A stretch of 64,000 nt of DNA, taken from Basidiobolus meristosporus CBS 931.73 (taxonomy: Eukaryota > Fungi > Basidiobolomycota). The notes beneath the pieces were generated by a model. It ran no database searches and was not told where the DNA came from. It saw nothing but the letters and a program-made list of their open reading frames with translations. The position numbers and the translations under genes are program-made. Location of the stretch: contig MCFE01000153.1 of assembly GCA_002104905.1 (NCBI GenBank), positions 88,523 through 152,522 of the forward strand. The letters are read 5' to 3'. Each line of letters opens with the position of its first letter. Position 1 is the first letter of the stretch. Below, piece by piece: positions 1 through 13,259 of this stretch.

Positions 1-125
1 TACTAGCTTTATAAGAGGACAATCTTATTGTGGCCACCAGTAACCTGGAAGCATTAGAAGAGACAAAGTCCAGCCCATTGAAGGTGTTCAAGATGTCCAT
101 TCTGGGAAAACTTGGTTACTACTAA
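1..125 (+). pseudogene. Ty1/copia reverse transcriptase fragment
   Basis: Translates as ..LYEDNLIVATSNLEALEETKS.., matching the YVDD region of the copia copy at 15489-15701 (LYVDDLTIATNNLETLEETKS). Confidence 0.6.
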
Positions 126-436
126 AGAATGTTATTGCTAACTAAGGAAGACAAAGATGACCATTCTATATCATTTTTGTGGATCTGAATCCCTAAACAG
201 ATGTGGCTCAGGTGGGAGCAGGCCATCCCCGCTCAGAGTTGAGCAAAAACCTTTTTTTTGGCCATGTTTTATGTGTTGCAGTCACAGCAAATGAGGATAA
301 TCCCAACCAGGCATTAATAACAAAACTCTAACTTAGAGAGATCATTTCTTTTGCCGCATATAGAGTCTAAATAATGGTAGTAACTGTTACTGAGCCTAAT
401 ATGGACATACAGGGAAGTTGTCAAAGTGAATTAGAC

Positions 437-806
437 TGTTGTCCAGAATTACAAAACTCCAGATCTGCTTCAAATATTTTACTAGTCTTGAAGATATTGG
501 AAGTGATTGGGAGAACAAGTAGATTATGTGGTTTTCACTTAATGACTTAATGAATGTAAAAGTAGTATATTTTCTTTTACATGGTCTTGGCATAACAACC
601 ATGTAGAATAGGCTTAAGAAGGTCCCAAGAGCATGTGTACAAAGTTTGGGGCTGTTTGAACAATGTTGGGGATTTTCATGTTCTGAGTACCTATTTTAAA
701 TAAATCCCAACAAGGTATTTGGTCAGTATTCTCTGAGATTTGAAGGTAACAATCTACATGACTAAGTTGGGTGAATAGCTTTGTGGAATTGCAAATTCTT
801 GCAACA
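437..806 (-). repeat. copia LTR (3' LTR of element B; left part divergent)
   Basis: TGTTG...CAACA termini; homologous to the 349-bp LTRs at 1223, 14672 and 54804; followed by CTCCC (PPT on minus). Confidence 0.75.
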
Positions 807-1222
807 CTCCCATGTAACCAAATGCTCATACTGACTAGTCTTAATTTTGACCTAAGATATTCAAACTTGTCTCTAGCTAATGGTTGGGAAAATATGTCTG
901 CATCATTTCATTGGGAGGACAGTAAGCTACATTAACTATGTTATTCTCTATATCATCACATATAAAATGATGTCTAATATCCATGTGCTTAGTTCTAGCA
1001 TGAAAAGTTGAATTTCTACCTAATATAGGTCCTTAATTATCTTTAAATAAAGTAAAAGCCATTCTCAACATAAGCCTAAGTCCTTAAGGAGCTTCCTTAA
1101 CCACATTGCTTCTTTTGCAGCTTCACGGGCTGCCATATACTCTTCCACTATGGTAGAAAGTGCTATGGTTGGTTACTTTCTCCAATTCCATGAAATTGCT
1201 CCTTTACACTAAAGAAAAATGT

Positions 1223-1571
1223 TGTTGTAAGAGTCTTGGAGATATTGAAAGTGATTGGGAAAACAAGTAGATTATGTGGTTTTCACTTAATGATTTATTG
1301 AATGTAAAAGTAGTATTTGTACTTTTACCTGGTCTTGGCATAACAAACATGTAGGATAGGTTAAGGAAGGTCCCAAGAACATGTGTGCAAAGAATGGGGC
1401 TGTTTGGACAACTTTGAGAATTTTTATGTTCTGGGTACCTGGTATTTTGGTGAAAGTTTTCTAAGTAAATCCCAACAAGGAACTTGGTCAGTATTCTTTA
1501 GGATTTGAGGGTAATGATCTAAGTGACTAAGTTAGGTGAATATTTAGGTAGAATTACAAACTTTTACAACA
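1223..1571 (-). repeat. copia LTR (3' LTR of A)
   Basis: TGTTGTAAGAG...TTTTACAACA, 349 bp. Confidence 0.9.
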
Positions 1572-2331
1572 GAATGTTCATCAAGAAATAGTAAAGCTTT
1601 TGCTTCAAGAGGGAGCAATTGTTGTGGTTCTAGCATGGGAAGTTGGATTCCTACCTAACACAATACATCCTTGATTATCTTGAAATAAGGTAATAGGCAT
1701 TTTTTGACATAGACCTAAATCTGTAAGAAGCTTTCTTAACAACATTGCTTCTTTTGTAGCTTCACAGGCTGCCATATATTCTGCCTCTTTGGTACAAAGT
1801 GCTACAGTTGGTTGCTTTCTTGAATTCCCTGAAATTGCCCCTTTACAGTAAAGAAAGGTGTATCCTGTGGTGCATCTTCTGTCTTCCAAATTTTGTCCCC
1901 AATCAGCATCAGAGTATCCCACAAGATCCTGTTCTGAATCCTTATAGGTGTATCCTAAGCAAATATCAGCAGTTCCTTTTAGGTATCTAAAGATTTGCTT
2001 AACTGCTGTAATATGATCAGATCCATAGTTCTAATTATGTTGGCTGACAACTCCCACTGAATATGAGATATCTGGACGTGATCCAAGCATGATAAACATC
2101 AGACTGCCAATTTTGGACTGATAAGGACAGTCAGGGATTTCAGATGGCACCAAGCTCTCTTGATTTAGTTGAGTTTTGACCAAGTCAAGGTTTGTCTCCA
2201 TTGGAGTAGTTGCTGGTTTACAGTCTTCCATTTAGTACTTCTTAGTATATCTTGAATATACTTGGATTGGCTTAAGGTAATAGTCTGGGTACTTCTGTCT
2301 ATGGACAACTTAATCACTAGACTTGTTCTGT

Positions 2332-3135
2332 TGTGGTAGGGTAAACATACCTCCCACAGACAAGTTTACTCATATAGTTGTTATGATATACTTATCCATA
2401 TTTTATCTTATCAGTATTATCCCATACTTCTATTGCCAATATTATCAGTATTATCCCCATATGATGTTTACCCTGATTAGTTATTAGCATTAGTTATCCC
2501 AGATGTTATTCAGCTTTGTGATCAGTATATGTATCTACATAAGGCAAGTACCCGCGTTAGCACCCGTGACACATGACCTAAGTCTGTGCTACCATCCCTA
2601 CCATTTCAATACCATATATGGTATTTTTATGTTGCACAGGTTTCAGACTACTGATTCTTGATTGGTTGAGAGTGCTGTGCCTTTTAGAACCTTCCAGGAG
2701 ATTCTTGGCATATTTTTAGCTCATAGTGATGTCATCAAGAATTCCACTGATACCTAGAATCTTCTAGAGCCTTGTCATTAGTAATCACTTGGCAATCAGG
2801 AAAAGTATTTAAGGGAAAGCAACCCCTCATCAATAAATCATCCCTTCTATCAGTAACACTTCTCCCTTATTGATTAGCAGTTGATCACTGCACCTGCCTT
2901 CAACAGTACATCTCAGACCTGCAATCAAGGAGCTTTTCAGGGTAGTGCCCAAGACACACAGAGGCTTTTGGAGACACTTGGAGCACCTAGGAAGCTAGAG
3001 AAGCAGGAGCTTTTACCATAGTGGCATATTGACAAAGACACCAGCAGTTTAAACACAGAGGTTATTGCACCCATCAGACACCTCACACACCTTGAGTTGT
3101 GTAGCTTCTCCCAGGAGTACCTCTACACCACCACA
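2332..3135 (+). repeat. 5' LTR of Ty3/gypsy-like element 1
   Basis: TGTGGT...ACCACA termini, followed after 4 nt by a PBS and then gag. Confidence 0.7.
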
Positions 3136-3139
3136 TATT

Positions 3140-3157
3140 TGGCACCCAACGTGGGGC
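3140..3157 (+). promoter_or_regulatory. Primer-binding site (tRNA-Lys1,2 type)
   Basis: TGGCACCCAACGTGGGGC, one mismatch to the known Lys1,2 PBS TGGCGCCCAACGTGGGGC. Confidence 0.8.
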
Positions 3158-3209
3158 GTTTGACTGAACTGCCCCTAGAAGACTTAAGAACAAACAAATT
3201 ATCAAGACC

Positions 3210-4364
3210 ATGGATCTACCTTTACCAGGAATGCAAGGAACCCCTTTCTTTGATGGAACTAAATTCAAAGCTTTCATCAAGAGGTGGGAGCTTTTCTGCA
3301 GAGCCCACAAAATACCTGAGGCCATTATGGCTGAAGAGATGCCCCCTTACAGCACTGATGAGATCATGCTCTCATTATATGAAAGAAATGATGTGCTGAC
3401 AAATTGGACCCTCTTGAAGAGCTACTTGATTGATGAATATGGAGGGAGACAAGTTGACTACACACTTCAAGACTTGGAGAACTTTGCTTACAGCAAGTTT
3501 AAGCTGCTACCATTGAAAGAATACTTGAGTGGCCTTGAGCAAATTGGAGAATCACTGAAAGCTCAAGGAGTTACCACTGATCTCACTTTATCTGCCTATC
3601 TTCTCAGAGCACTACCAGAAGACCTGGTGAGAAGGATTGAAAACAACCCTACTGTGAAAGCTATGAGTTCACTGCCTGCATTTCAGTTAGCTAAGCAGAT
3701 TCTACTTGCCCCTGAAGAAACCTCACCAATCAGAAAGCTTCTTTCAAGCTCAGCACAAAACCAAGATAGCCAAGACTTTTTTAATCCCAGTAATCAAAGC
3801 ACTCAAATTCAGGAGCTGACACAGCAACTAGAGAAACTCTCTTTGCTACTTGCCAGCAAAGCATATGGGCAGAAGCCAGTAGAGAAAGAAGTCATATATA
3901 CATGCATGTGGTGTGACTCTGCCAGCCATTCCAAGAGAAATTGCCAAGAGCTTCAGTCATTACTATCCACAGGTGATGTCCTATATAGTCCTCAGGGATA
4001 TATAGTCAGTAAGCATGGTGACAAATTATCCACAGCATTTGGACAAGGAGGAATGAGAGCTCACTACAAGCAAATCACCTCTCACACAAGAAAGGTGCAC
4101 CTCCATGAAGAAGAAGATCCTGACTACTTTGATCCAGCTGAAGTTCTGAACTTTGACTATGAGGACCCCAGAGAGGCCCAAGATCATATAGCTTCAATTT
4201 ATGCATCAAAGAGACACCATCCTATATATAGATTCATATACAGTGGATCTGAGATATGTGTGATGCCTCTGGAGGCTTGGAAACAACTACCTTGCAAAGA
4301 CCTATTGCCCATAGATACCAATATCAATTGGAGCATGAAGGATGCCAACTCAGGGCAATCATAG
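3210..4364 (+). CDS. Ty3/gypsy-like Gag with CCHC knuckle and start of a degenerate aspartic protease
   Basis: 384-aa ORF directly after LTR and PBS; CMWCDSASHSKRNC (Cx2Cx4Hx4C); FIYSGSEIC resembles a mutated DSG protease motif. The element is truncated near 4660 with no RT. Confidence 0.75.
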   Translation: MDLPLPGMQGTPFFDGTKFKAFIKRWELFCRAHKIPEAIMAEEMPPYSTDEIMLSLYERNDVLTNWTLLKSYLIDEYGGRQVDYTLQDLENFAYSKFKLLPLKEYLSGLEQIGESLKAQGVTTDLTLSAYLLRALPEDLVRRIENNPTVKAMSSLPAFQLAKQILLAPEETSPIRKLLSSSAQNQDSQDFFNPSNQSTQIQELTQQLEKLSLLLASKAYGQKPVEKEVIYTCMWCDSASHSKRNCQELQSLLSTGDVLYSPQGYIVSKHGDKLSTAFGQGGMRAHYKQITSHTRKVHLHEEEDPDYFDPAEVLNFDYEDPREAQDHIASIYASKRHHPIYRFIYSGSEICVMPLEAWKQLPCKDLLPIDTNINWSMKDANSGQS

Positions 4365-6918
4365 CTTTTAGGAATTATTCACAGCTTCCCACTCATCATT
4401 GAAGGAATACCCCATGAGATCCCAGTATTCATTTGTGCAAAGGCTAACTTTGAATTACTTCTTGGAAGACCATGGGAGGTGAAAGCAAGACAACTGCAGT
4501 GAACTACCCAGATGGTTCAGCATGGTATACTATATACTCAGAGAGCCCAGGACTAACAGCAACCTTCTGTGGTGTGGACTCAAACAATATCCAATCAATG
4601 ACATCATGTAGATTTCTATCCCAAGAAAGGACAGGTGGCTTCATTGAGGAAGACTGAGAGAGCACTTTGTTCTCCAAACTTACAGTGGTAAGCTAAAAAG
4701 TTCCCTTAGTTCTTCTGTGCTCTTACACATCCTGCATAGCATTGATCCACAAAAAAACGTCAAAAAATGGATTTTCTCCTGCATCATAGGTGAAACACAG
4801 GGGCTGCTTTGCATGAAGATGCAGATCCATGTTTCACACTCTGTGGCCAAGTATAGGCTCACTTGGCCTCTCTGGCACACTATGGCATCATTTGGCACTC
4901 ATGGCTCAATGTGGCACTATCCAACAGAACAAGTCTACCAAGTAGTAACTGAGTTCTCCTAGATTGGACATCTTGAACTCCTTAGAAAGGCTGAATTTAG
5001 TCTCTTCCAATGTTTCTAAGTTATTGGTGACTATAATAAGATCACCCACACAAGATTCAAAATAAGAATCTATCTTGCAATTCCCGGCTCTTGGTGATTG
5101 TTTGAGACCATATAGTGACTTTTTCAGCTTGCTGACCAAATGGGGGCTATCTTGGCCAATGAACCTATCAGGCTGGTCCATGTACATGTCCTCATCAAGT
5201 TCTCTATGCAAAAATGCGGTTTGCATCCATTTGATGAATAAAAAACTTATATTTTGCTGCAGTAGCCAATATTAATCTGATGGAGTTAAACTTGGCTACC
5301 GGTGCAAAGGTCTCAAGTCCTTTGTTTGAGAGTATCCTTGGCCACAAGCCTTGCTTTGAATCTTTCAATTGTATCATCAGCCTTGTAATTTGTCCCAAAG
5401 ACCCATCTACATCCAATTGATTTTTGGTTTATTGGTAATTTGACTAAGTCCCAAGTTTGATTTTCCATCTGGGCCTGATATTCCTCAGTCATTGCAGATC
5501 TCAAAAACTTTGTCTGAGGGCTATCTAGGGCCTCTTTTACAGTCTGGGGCTCATCAATATGGACTGAATAGGCATAGGCTAAGTTTGTACCCTCATTGAT
5601 ATAGTAATTTGGGCTATTTCTTGTCCAATTGGATCTCCAGACATTTGATACTGGAATGCTCACTTCTGGGATATTCCTAGGCACTGATTCTGGTTGAGCC
5701 ATGGTTGTAGAGTCCTCTGGAGTGAAAACATTTTCTTTGTTTTGCTCTGATTCAATCCTGATAATTGGTGGATTTGAGATCCAATATTGTCATCATCTCA
5801 TGTCATTTTTGGTGAAAACTTTGAACTTTCATCAAACAACACATCCCTGGACTTGATTAGCTTCTTTGCTTTGGTACTGTAGAGTTAGTATGCTTTACAC
5901 TCATTGCAGTAGCCCAAAAATATGCATTTTACACTTTTTGGCTCAAATTTTGACTGATTTCTGGTCAGTTTCTTGGCATATGCTATATACCCAAGTATTT
6001 TCAGATGTTCTACACTTGGTCTGTATCCATACCATGCTTCTAAGGTAGTAGAATCACAAAGTATTCTGTTATAACTCCTATTTTTAAGACATACAGAAGT
6101 GGCAACTGATTCCACCCAACAATCATTGGATAATTTTTGATCATTAATCATAGATCTTGCCATATCAATTATTGATCTGTTAGCACATTCTGCTACTCCA
6201 TTTTGCTGTGTGGAGTATGGTACAGTAGTCCCTTGCCTTATCCCATGAATTTTGCAGAAGTGGATGAAGGGTTTTGAGGTATATTCACCACCATTGTGAG
6301 AGCATATTTTCTTGATTTTTTCACCAGTTTCTCTCTCCACCATGTTTTAAGCTCCCCGAACTTAGACAGAGCTTCTTCCTTTCTCTCCATGAAGTAGACC
6401 CATGTGCTTCTTTTACAATCATCAATAAGGGTGATGAAATACTTCATCCCACCTAAGGATAAATTTTGCACAGGTCTGCACAGATCTATGTGAGTCAGAT
6501 CTAATTTTTTCTTAGTTTTGATTAACCCAGAGCTCTTGAACGGTTGTCTGGCTTGTTTCCCATATATGCAGGCTTCACAGTGCTCCAAATTAACTAGTGG
6601 ATCAATTTTTACTACAGAAATTAGCTTATCTTTCATCATTTTGCACAAATAATCAATATTGATGCGTCCAAATTTCCAGTGACAATGTATTGATGTTTCT
6701 GCACTCACGTTACTTATATTGGCTTCCAGATATGATGGAATACAAGTCAACTTATACAGTTTCCTATTTCTGATACCCAAAGCAATATGAGAGCCATTTT
6801 GATCAGTGATCTTGCATCCAGAACTGTCAAAGCTGAAACTGAGCCCTTCTGGTGTGGCCTTGCTTACAGATAGTAGGTTCTTGGCTATTTCTGGTACATA
6901 GAATACTTTGTTAAAGGT

Positions 6919-7291
6919 TGTGAGTAGTAAATGCAGTACCCACTCTTTGCCCAAGAGTTCTCCCCAGAGTCCTACCAAAAGTCCCCCAGTATCCTCCCAA
7001 TGATTCCCCCATGCACCCTCCCTCCTATCCTACCCTTATCTAGTTAGAACACCTACCATAACAGGAAGGTGTTCACACCCCTATTTTATAACACATTGAC
7101 TATTATCTAAGCCCCCCCCCAAGTGATATATATATGTACCCAATCAAACCAAGACAGAGAGATTTTGGTATGGCATAAACACAAGTCTTTATTACCTTGC
7201 TACCTTCTATTGGAAGCTATTCTGAACTAAGTGGTACTGACTTGACCTACAAGCTCTCCCACTCACCAAGTACAGTCAGTAATAACCCACA
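6919..7291 (+). repeat. gypsy 2 5' LTR
   Basis: TGTGAG...CCCACA; direct repeat of 13260-13632. Confidence 0.95.
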
Positions 7292-7379
7292 TATTTGGTG
7301 CTGTCTCTGCGGAAATAAGCACAAGTGAGGTAATGACTACTACAATCAAACTAAAACATACAAGGAAAGAGAGAGAAAG

Positions 7380-8995
7380 CCCTTGAGTGGTTTGATAAGT
7401 TTGAGAGAGTTAAGGTTAATGCAGGATGGGACAACAATAAGAAAGTAAGGGAGTTTGCAAGATATATGGATTGGAGGATGCAGTTAAAGACAACTGGGAT
7501 GCACTAGAAGAAGCCTACGAGGCACGCTTTCTATATGCCAAAGGATACCACTACAAAGCCCTTCTACTGTCCTCATGGAAGAAAATCAGAGAGAGCTATG
7601 AAGCCTACACTGAACTGTTTCTCCAACAAGTTTGATGTCTCCTAAAGGACAAAATTGCCAAACAACAGCTCATATGGTATTACATCATGGGCTTAGACAA
7701 CAAAATAAGACGTAGAGCATCAAAAGAACAACAGGGATGTAAAACACTGCAAGAGCTTATTGAACAAGTACAAGGGGCCATCTTGCCATGGGGGCTACCC
7801 TATAGTGATCCAAATGATTGAAGGACAGGTATCCCCTGTAAGAAAGGAAAAATTGCCTCCCTGAAAGACCGTGAGTTAGAGGAGTTACAGCAAAAGGTCC
7901 AAGAACTCTTGATCAACAATGTCCAAGAAGCCCCAAAGAAGGTGATAAACTCTGGGTAGCTGTTGTAGATCTAAAGGCCCAGGTACAAGCCCTGACCCAA
8001 CAGATGGAACAACCACGACAACAGTATCTGTGTTATGTGTGTGGAGAAGTAGGTCACCGGGCCCACAAATGTGAAAAATGGTATGGATGAGAAGCTGTAC
8101 TGGACACATAAGAGAAGAAGGCATCAAAAGACAGAGTCCCTTGCCAGGAGGCCAACAGGACTCAGTCAATCTAAGCTCTCTGGTCAGGACAGTCAAAGTG
8201 CGGAAGAAGAAGCGTCAACATAATTCTTCTAGAGAGGAGGCAAAGGAACCTGTAGTAGAGGTTCTGTCAAAAGGAAAGAGCACAGAATTAGGTGAAGAAG
8301 TACGGAATGAGCCTTGGGAAGAAGTGTTAAAGCAAACAAAGAATGCTAGCATGTCTTCCCATGGCCTATTCCCCATAATGAAGGTACTAGAGCAAACCAA
8401 GGAAACCCTCCCAATAACCAATTTACTGGGACTTGCCCCGGCTCTAGTCAAGGAACTGATAGAGGGATTGAAGGAGATAATAATCCTTCATGTCATCCAG
8501 ATGGACCTGCAAAAACCAAATAAAGGTACATACTTAAAGGTACGTATAGAGAATAAGGAGATTCTTGCCCTTATTGACACAGGATCCTCTACGTTGATCA
8601 TGTCAGAGTCATTAGCAAAACGTCTAAAATTAGACATAGTCCCCAACAACACCATTCAAGTACGGCTAGCAAATGACCAACTGGACACAATAGTAGGCAT
8701 GGTGCCTAATTGCCCCATCCAGCTAGGCAACTTGATAATACACCAAGATGTCATGGTTCTACCTGTTGCAGCCAACAACTTACTCATTGGCAAGAGTTGG
8801 TTTATCCAACATAAGATGGATATACTTTACAGTGCATCTAAACTCAGGTGGGATACCAAGAGTATCCCACTGATTTATATCACCAATGAGAGCAAGGTGC
8901 GTAGCAACAGTGTGATGATCAAAGAGGTGAAACCATTGCAGTCTCCAATCATCACACAAAATGTGATAAAAATACCACCTACTAGTAAACGGTGA
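7380..8995 (+). pseudogene. gypsy 2 gag-protease (frameshifted)
   Basis: CYVCGEVGHRAHKC knuckle at 8031-8072; LIDTGSS protease motif in ORF 8078-8995. The start is approximate. Confidence 0.85.
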
Positions 8996-8999
8996 TCTC

Positions 9000-11900
9000 A
9001 TTAGAGACACCAATAGCTTATTCAACAAGCGGAAGAATGATAACCACAGCAAAGGCATCCCAGCAACTGGAAGGAATCTCAATCCCTAAGGTATGGTTTC
9101 CACCAAAATTTGAAACGCAAAGTGTGAGGTGCTTAGTGGTCAACAACAAGTGACACATGGTGACATTGCCTAGAGGAGTGTCATTGTTAAACCTAGAGGA
9201 AGTTGATGGAATCAACCAAGGACCACCTACAAACACGGAACCAGAAGAATAACTCCCTAAACTAGATGTGGACCCTGGTCTACCGCCTATGTTATGAGAC
9301 AAGTTCCTAGAAGGAATACGCCCACTTGCCCAAGTATTCTCTAAGAACTAAGTAATTAGTCATATACCTGGGGTATATCACCAAATCCACCTTACCAACA
9401 AATACCCCATCAAGCAAAAAGCCTATAGGAACTTGGAAATTGACATGGACTATATCAAAGAGATGATTGAAACTTTATTGAAAGACAACAGCTTTACAGA
9501 GAGCCAGTCTTTGTGGGCCTCCCCCATAGTGATAGTCCCAAAGAAAGAGAGAAAGCAACGCTTTTGCATTGACTACCAAAAATTGAACGCCATCACCCAG
9601 AAGGATGTGTATCCACAACTGCAAATAGACAACCTGTTGGACAGATTAATTGGAGCTAAATATTTTAGTTCTCTTGACTTAATCTCTGGGTATTGGCAAG
9701 TAGAAGTAACCCCGGAAGATTGACCCAAAGCCACTTTTATATCACTGTTTGGATTATACAAATGGAACCAACTACCCTTTGGCTTGTGCAATGCCCCCGC
9801 TGTGTTCCAATAGATGATTGACAAAGTGATAGGAAATCTATAATGGGAATGTGCTCTTGTGTATCTGGACAACATCACAATATATTCCCCCAATGTAGAA
9901 GAACATATACACAACGTTCAATGTATCCAGACAGCCCTCCTTGAGAACCAACCCAAACTACATCCCATGAAGTGCCATTTCCTGTATACAAAATTGTTGT
10001 TCCTGGGCCACAAGATCTTGGCAGATGGAATATACCCCTCTACTTCACTCTTGAAAGCCATTCAAGATACACCCACACCAAAGGATATTAATGTAGTGTT
10101 GGGATTCCTAGGATTAGCCAGCTACTATTGCCGCTTTGTCAGAAACTTTGCAACAATAGCAGCCCCCCTATACAAATTGACGCAAAAAGATCAGTGTTTT
10201 ATATAGTCAGAGCCTCAAAAGAGAGCATTTGATCAGTTGAAACATTCCCTGACGTCACCGCCAGTGTTACGTTTTCCCAATTGGGATGCAAGATTTTTTA
10301 TTAACTGTGATAGAAGTCTCACTGGTGTAGGTGCTGTACTGGGACAATACCACCAACCCAGCAAATTCCACCCAATCGGTTATGTGAGCCGTTTGTTAAA
10401 CAAACACAGGCATCACTACCCTGTTACCAAGATAGAATGTCTGGCTGTTGTTTATTCAATTAAACAATTCCATACATACATACATGATTGCCAATTCACA
10501 ATAGTAACAGACCACAGCGCACTGGTCTGGCTGATGAATACTAAAGACTTTATGGGTCAACTAGCACATTGGGCCCTCCAACTACAAGAATACAACTTCA
10601 AAATAACTCACTGTGCTGGCAAGAAACACCAAGATGCAGACTTCCTCAGTTGCTATGCTGTTTGCCAAGTATGCGTCAGCAATGACTACAAAGACGTAAT
10701 CTGCTTTAAAAGAAGAGGGAAGTATCCCAAACATGTTGTTACAAACAAGCAGAAGCGAGACTTTTGAAAGAAATGGTGTCAGTACAAAGTACAAGAAAAC
10801 CAATTAGGGCTCCTCCAAGGACAGTTCAGAGTTGAGGTACCCCCAATAACTGCCCACAAAGAAATCATACAAGAAAGACATATGTCATTAGGATACGCTA
10901 ACCCTCTAACAACATACAAGATGTTAAGAAAGATGTTTTATTGGAAAAAAATGATGACCACAGTTGTGAATACGCTACAAAGATGCTCCACCTGCAAAAG
11001 ATTTAACCAAAGTCAAAAGATAGGGACAACCGCACCAATACCGCTTGACCTACCCTTCTATTGGGTAGGGATTGACTTTGTTGGGCCCTTTTTGAAAACA
11101 AAGAAAGGAGAACAATACATAATAATTGCTACCAATTATTTCTCACAGTGGGTAGAAGCCCAAGCCATCCAAAATAAAGACCAGAAGACAACCGCCCAAT
11201 TCATTCTGGAACACCTCATCTGCTGGCATGGATATCCTCAGATACTCCTGTCCAACAATGGTGGCTCCTTCCTGAACAACACCGTGGCCCACTTGTGCAA
11301 AATGATGGGCGTGAAACAGGTCTTCACAGTCGCGTATCCCCCCCAGACCAATGGATTAACCAAGAGGATGGACCAGACGTGTTGCTGCATACTAGAGAAG
11401 CTCCACTGGGAACTACCCCAATCATGGGCCAATCTACTCCCACTGACACTCCTAGCAATGCGTACAATACCAAATAAAATGACAGGTTTCTCCCTGTACA
11501 AAGTGTTGTACGTACAAAGGCCCAAGTGGTGTAAAGAAGTTGAATTGGCAATGGAAGGTATTCCCTTGACAACACATAACAACTATGTAGAAAGGTTGAT
11601 ACACCATATTGCCCACCTATACATAAAAGTATTTGAAAATGTCAACAAGCACCTTCCCTCTCCACCCAAAAATGAGAAACTAATGGGACAAAAGTGGAAA
11701 CCAGGCGATAAAGTGTGGTACAATCAAACTGTTGCAGGCCTCAAGTTTTGCCCATGATATACACCCCAATGGATTGGCCCTTGCACTGTCATTAGCTTGG
11801 ACCATGGTCCAAAGTACACCAATACCCTGAACAACAGACAATCTGCAATGTAGCACCAGCCCATCTGAAACCATTTAATGATGATCCACCAATCATCACT
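9000..11900 (+). pseudogene. gypsy 2 pol: RT, RNase H, integrase (disrupted)
   Basis: WASPIVIVPKK, RFCIDYQKLN, YLDN (YLDD equivalent), FLGLASYY, FTIVTDHSAL, integrase GIDFVGP...PQTNG..RM; several stops and frameshifts. Confidence 0.9.
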
Positions 11901-12008
11901 GAAACCAAAGTGTGATTAAACAATTATCAGGACAAGGATAGAGGAAGACACAGGATACATACAAAGTTTATTAAAGGAGATTTTAGTTGATATAGGCACA
12001 TATGATAT

Positions 12009-13214
12009 GTGCAAGGAAGTTTGCCCAAAGGGAAGAATAAAAGAATGCATATGGAAAGCGCCAAAGGAAACAGTTCACCCAAAACTGGCAATACCCCTCC
12101 CACCAGCAAGAACCAAGAGGATATCAACAACAAAACTGACCTGCAAGTGTTGAAAGATATGGTACAAGTGTTATGTGCAACAAGAGCCACCTAGGAAGAG
12201 TTGTTTGCTGGAGCAGTCACGTTGATACAAGACACAATCAGAGAGGGACAAGACAAGCTACCCACACCAATACAAAGCATGGAGATACTACCTAAGAAGA
12301 CCGTGTACCACCTAAGAGGAGGTTCCTTGATCATTAAGGAGTAGGACGCCACACTGATTCCCATATCCATACTGGACACAGTCAGACAGAAGACACAAGG
12401 AATCAACTGTTGCGCCCTCACAAGACCTTGAGAGCCCCCCTGTTTTGTTGCATACTTGCCATTGATAGGTACCACGGTTGTTGAGGTATATGCAGACCTG
12501 GTACAAGCAGCAAGAGCACCAGAAGTAGAACTCCCAATCAAGGGACTCCTCCAAGAAATTTGCAAACATCTCAAACAGCATTTCCAAGAAGGAACCATCT
12601 TAGAGAAGATACGCCAACAGATTAAATACACGGGCCAGTTAACCCATGCAATCCACCAAGTTGCTGTGTTACAACTATTACAGTGGTTTACCATAGGACA
12701 ACTCAGGAACCAGTACAAAGTCCAACTCCAAGAAGCCAAAGAAACCACTGCAGACTCTGTAGAAACCATGAGGCAAGTACAAAAGCGCCTCAATTGTGCC
12801 ACAGTTTCTACAGAAGAACTACAATATGTCTCAGAAGAAGCAAAAACTTGTTACCAACAATGGGTGACTGCTAACCAAGTGTACACCCTCTTGAAAAGGT
12901 CCCCCACCATCATATTGAACACAAAAAGGACAAACCCCAACAACATTTGCAAGATAAAGAAGCAAGACTTTATCATGCTATTGCACCTTTTCTTGTTCTC
13001 TGACCCTCCCAAGGAACTTACCCAGAACCCTATGGTTTGCCAACTATTTGGCTCTGTGGAAAACATCCCTCAAGCAACGCAAGCCGCACCCCACTCTGCT
13101 GCCAAATGGTATCAGGTATTTGCCTGCAACCCCCTTGCAAGTGACAACCAGCAATGGTACTATGGTGACTCCCCATGCTCCGTGAACAAAATTGACCCTG
13201 TAGAAGCAAGTTAG
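12009..13214 (+). pseudogene. gypsy 2 additional ORF3 (about 400 codons, three in-frame stops), function unknown
   Basis: ORFs 12009-12194 and 12456-13214 are in the same frame, separated only by TAG, TAG and TGA stops; located between integrase and the 3' LTR. Confidence 0.65.
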
Positions 13215-13259
13215 TCAAAAGAACTTCAAGGACAAAGCTCCCTCTTAACCCCTGGGATA

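Larger units (their letters stand above)
2318..4937. mobile_element. Insertion bounded by a perfect 16-bp inverted repeat, interrupting copia A RT
   Basis: TAGACTTGTTCTGTTG (2318-2333) and CAACAGAACAAGTCTA (4922-4937). Removing the insert restores copia RT ..ELSYYLVIKLSIDRSTQ.. Confidence 0.65.

Noticed and set aside
12009-13214. Retroviral-type env
   Set aside because: No signal peptide, furin site with fusion peptide, or TM anchor is evident.
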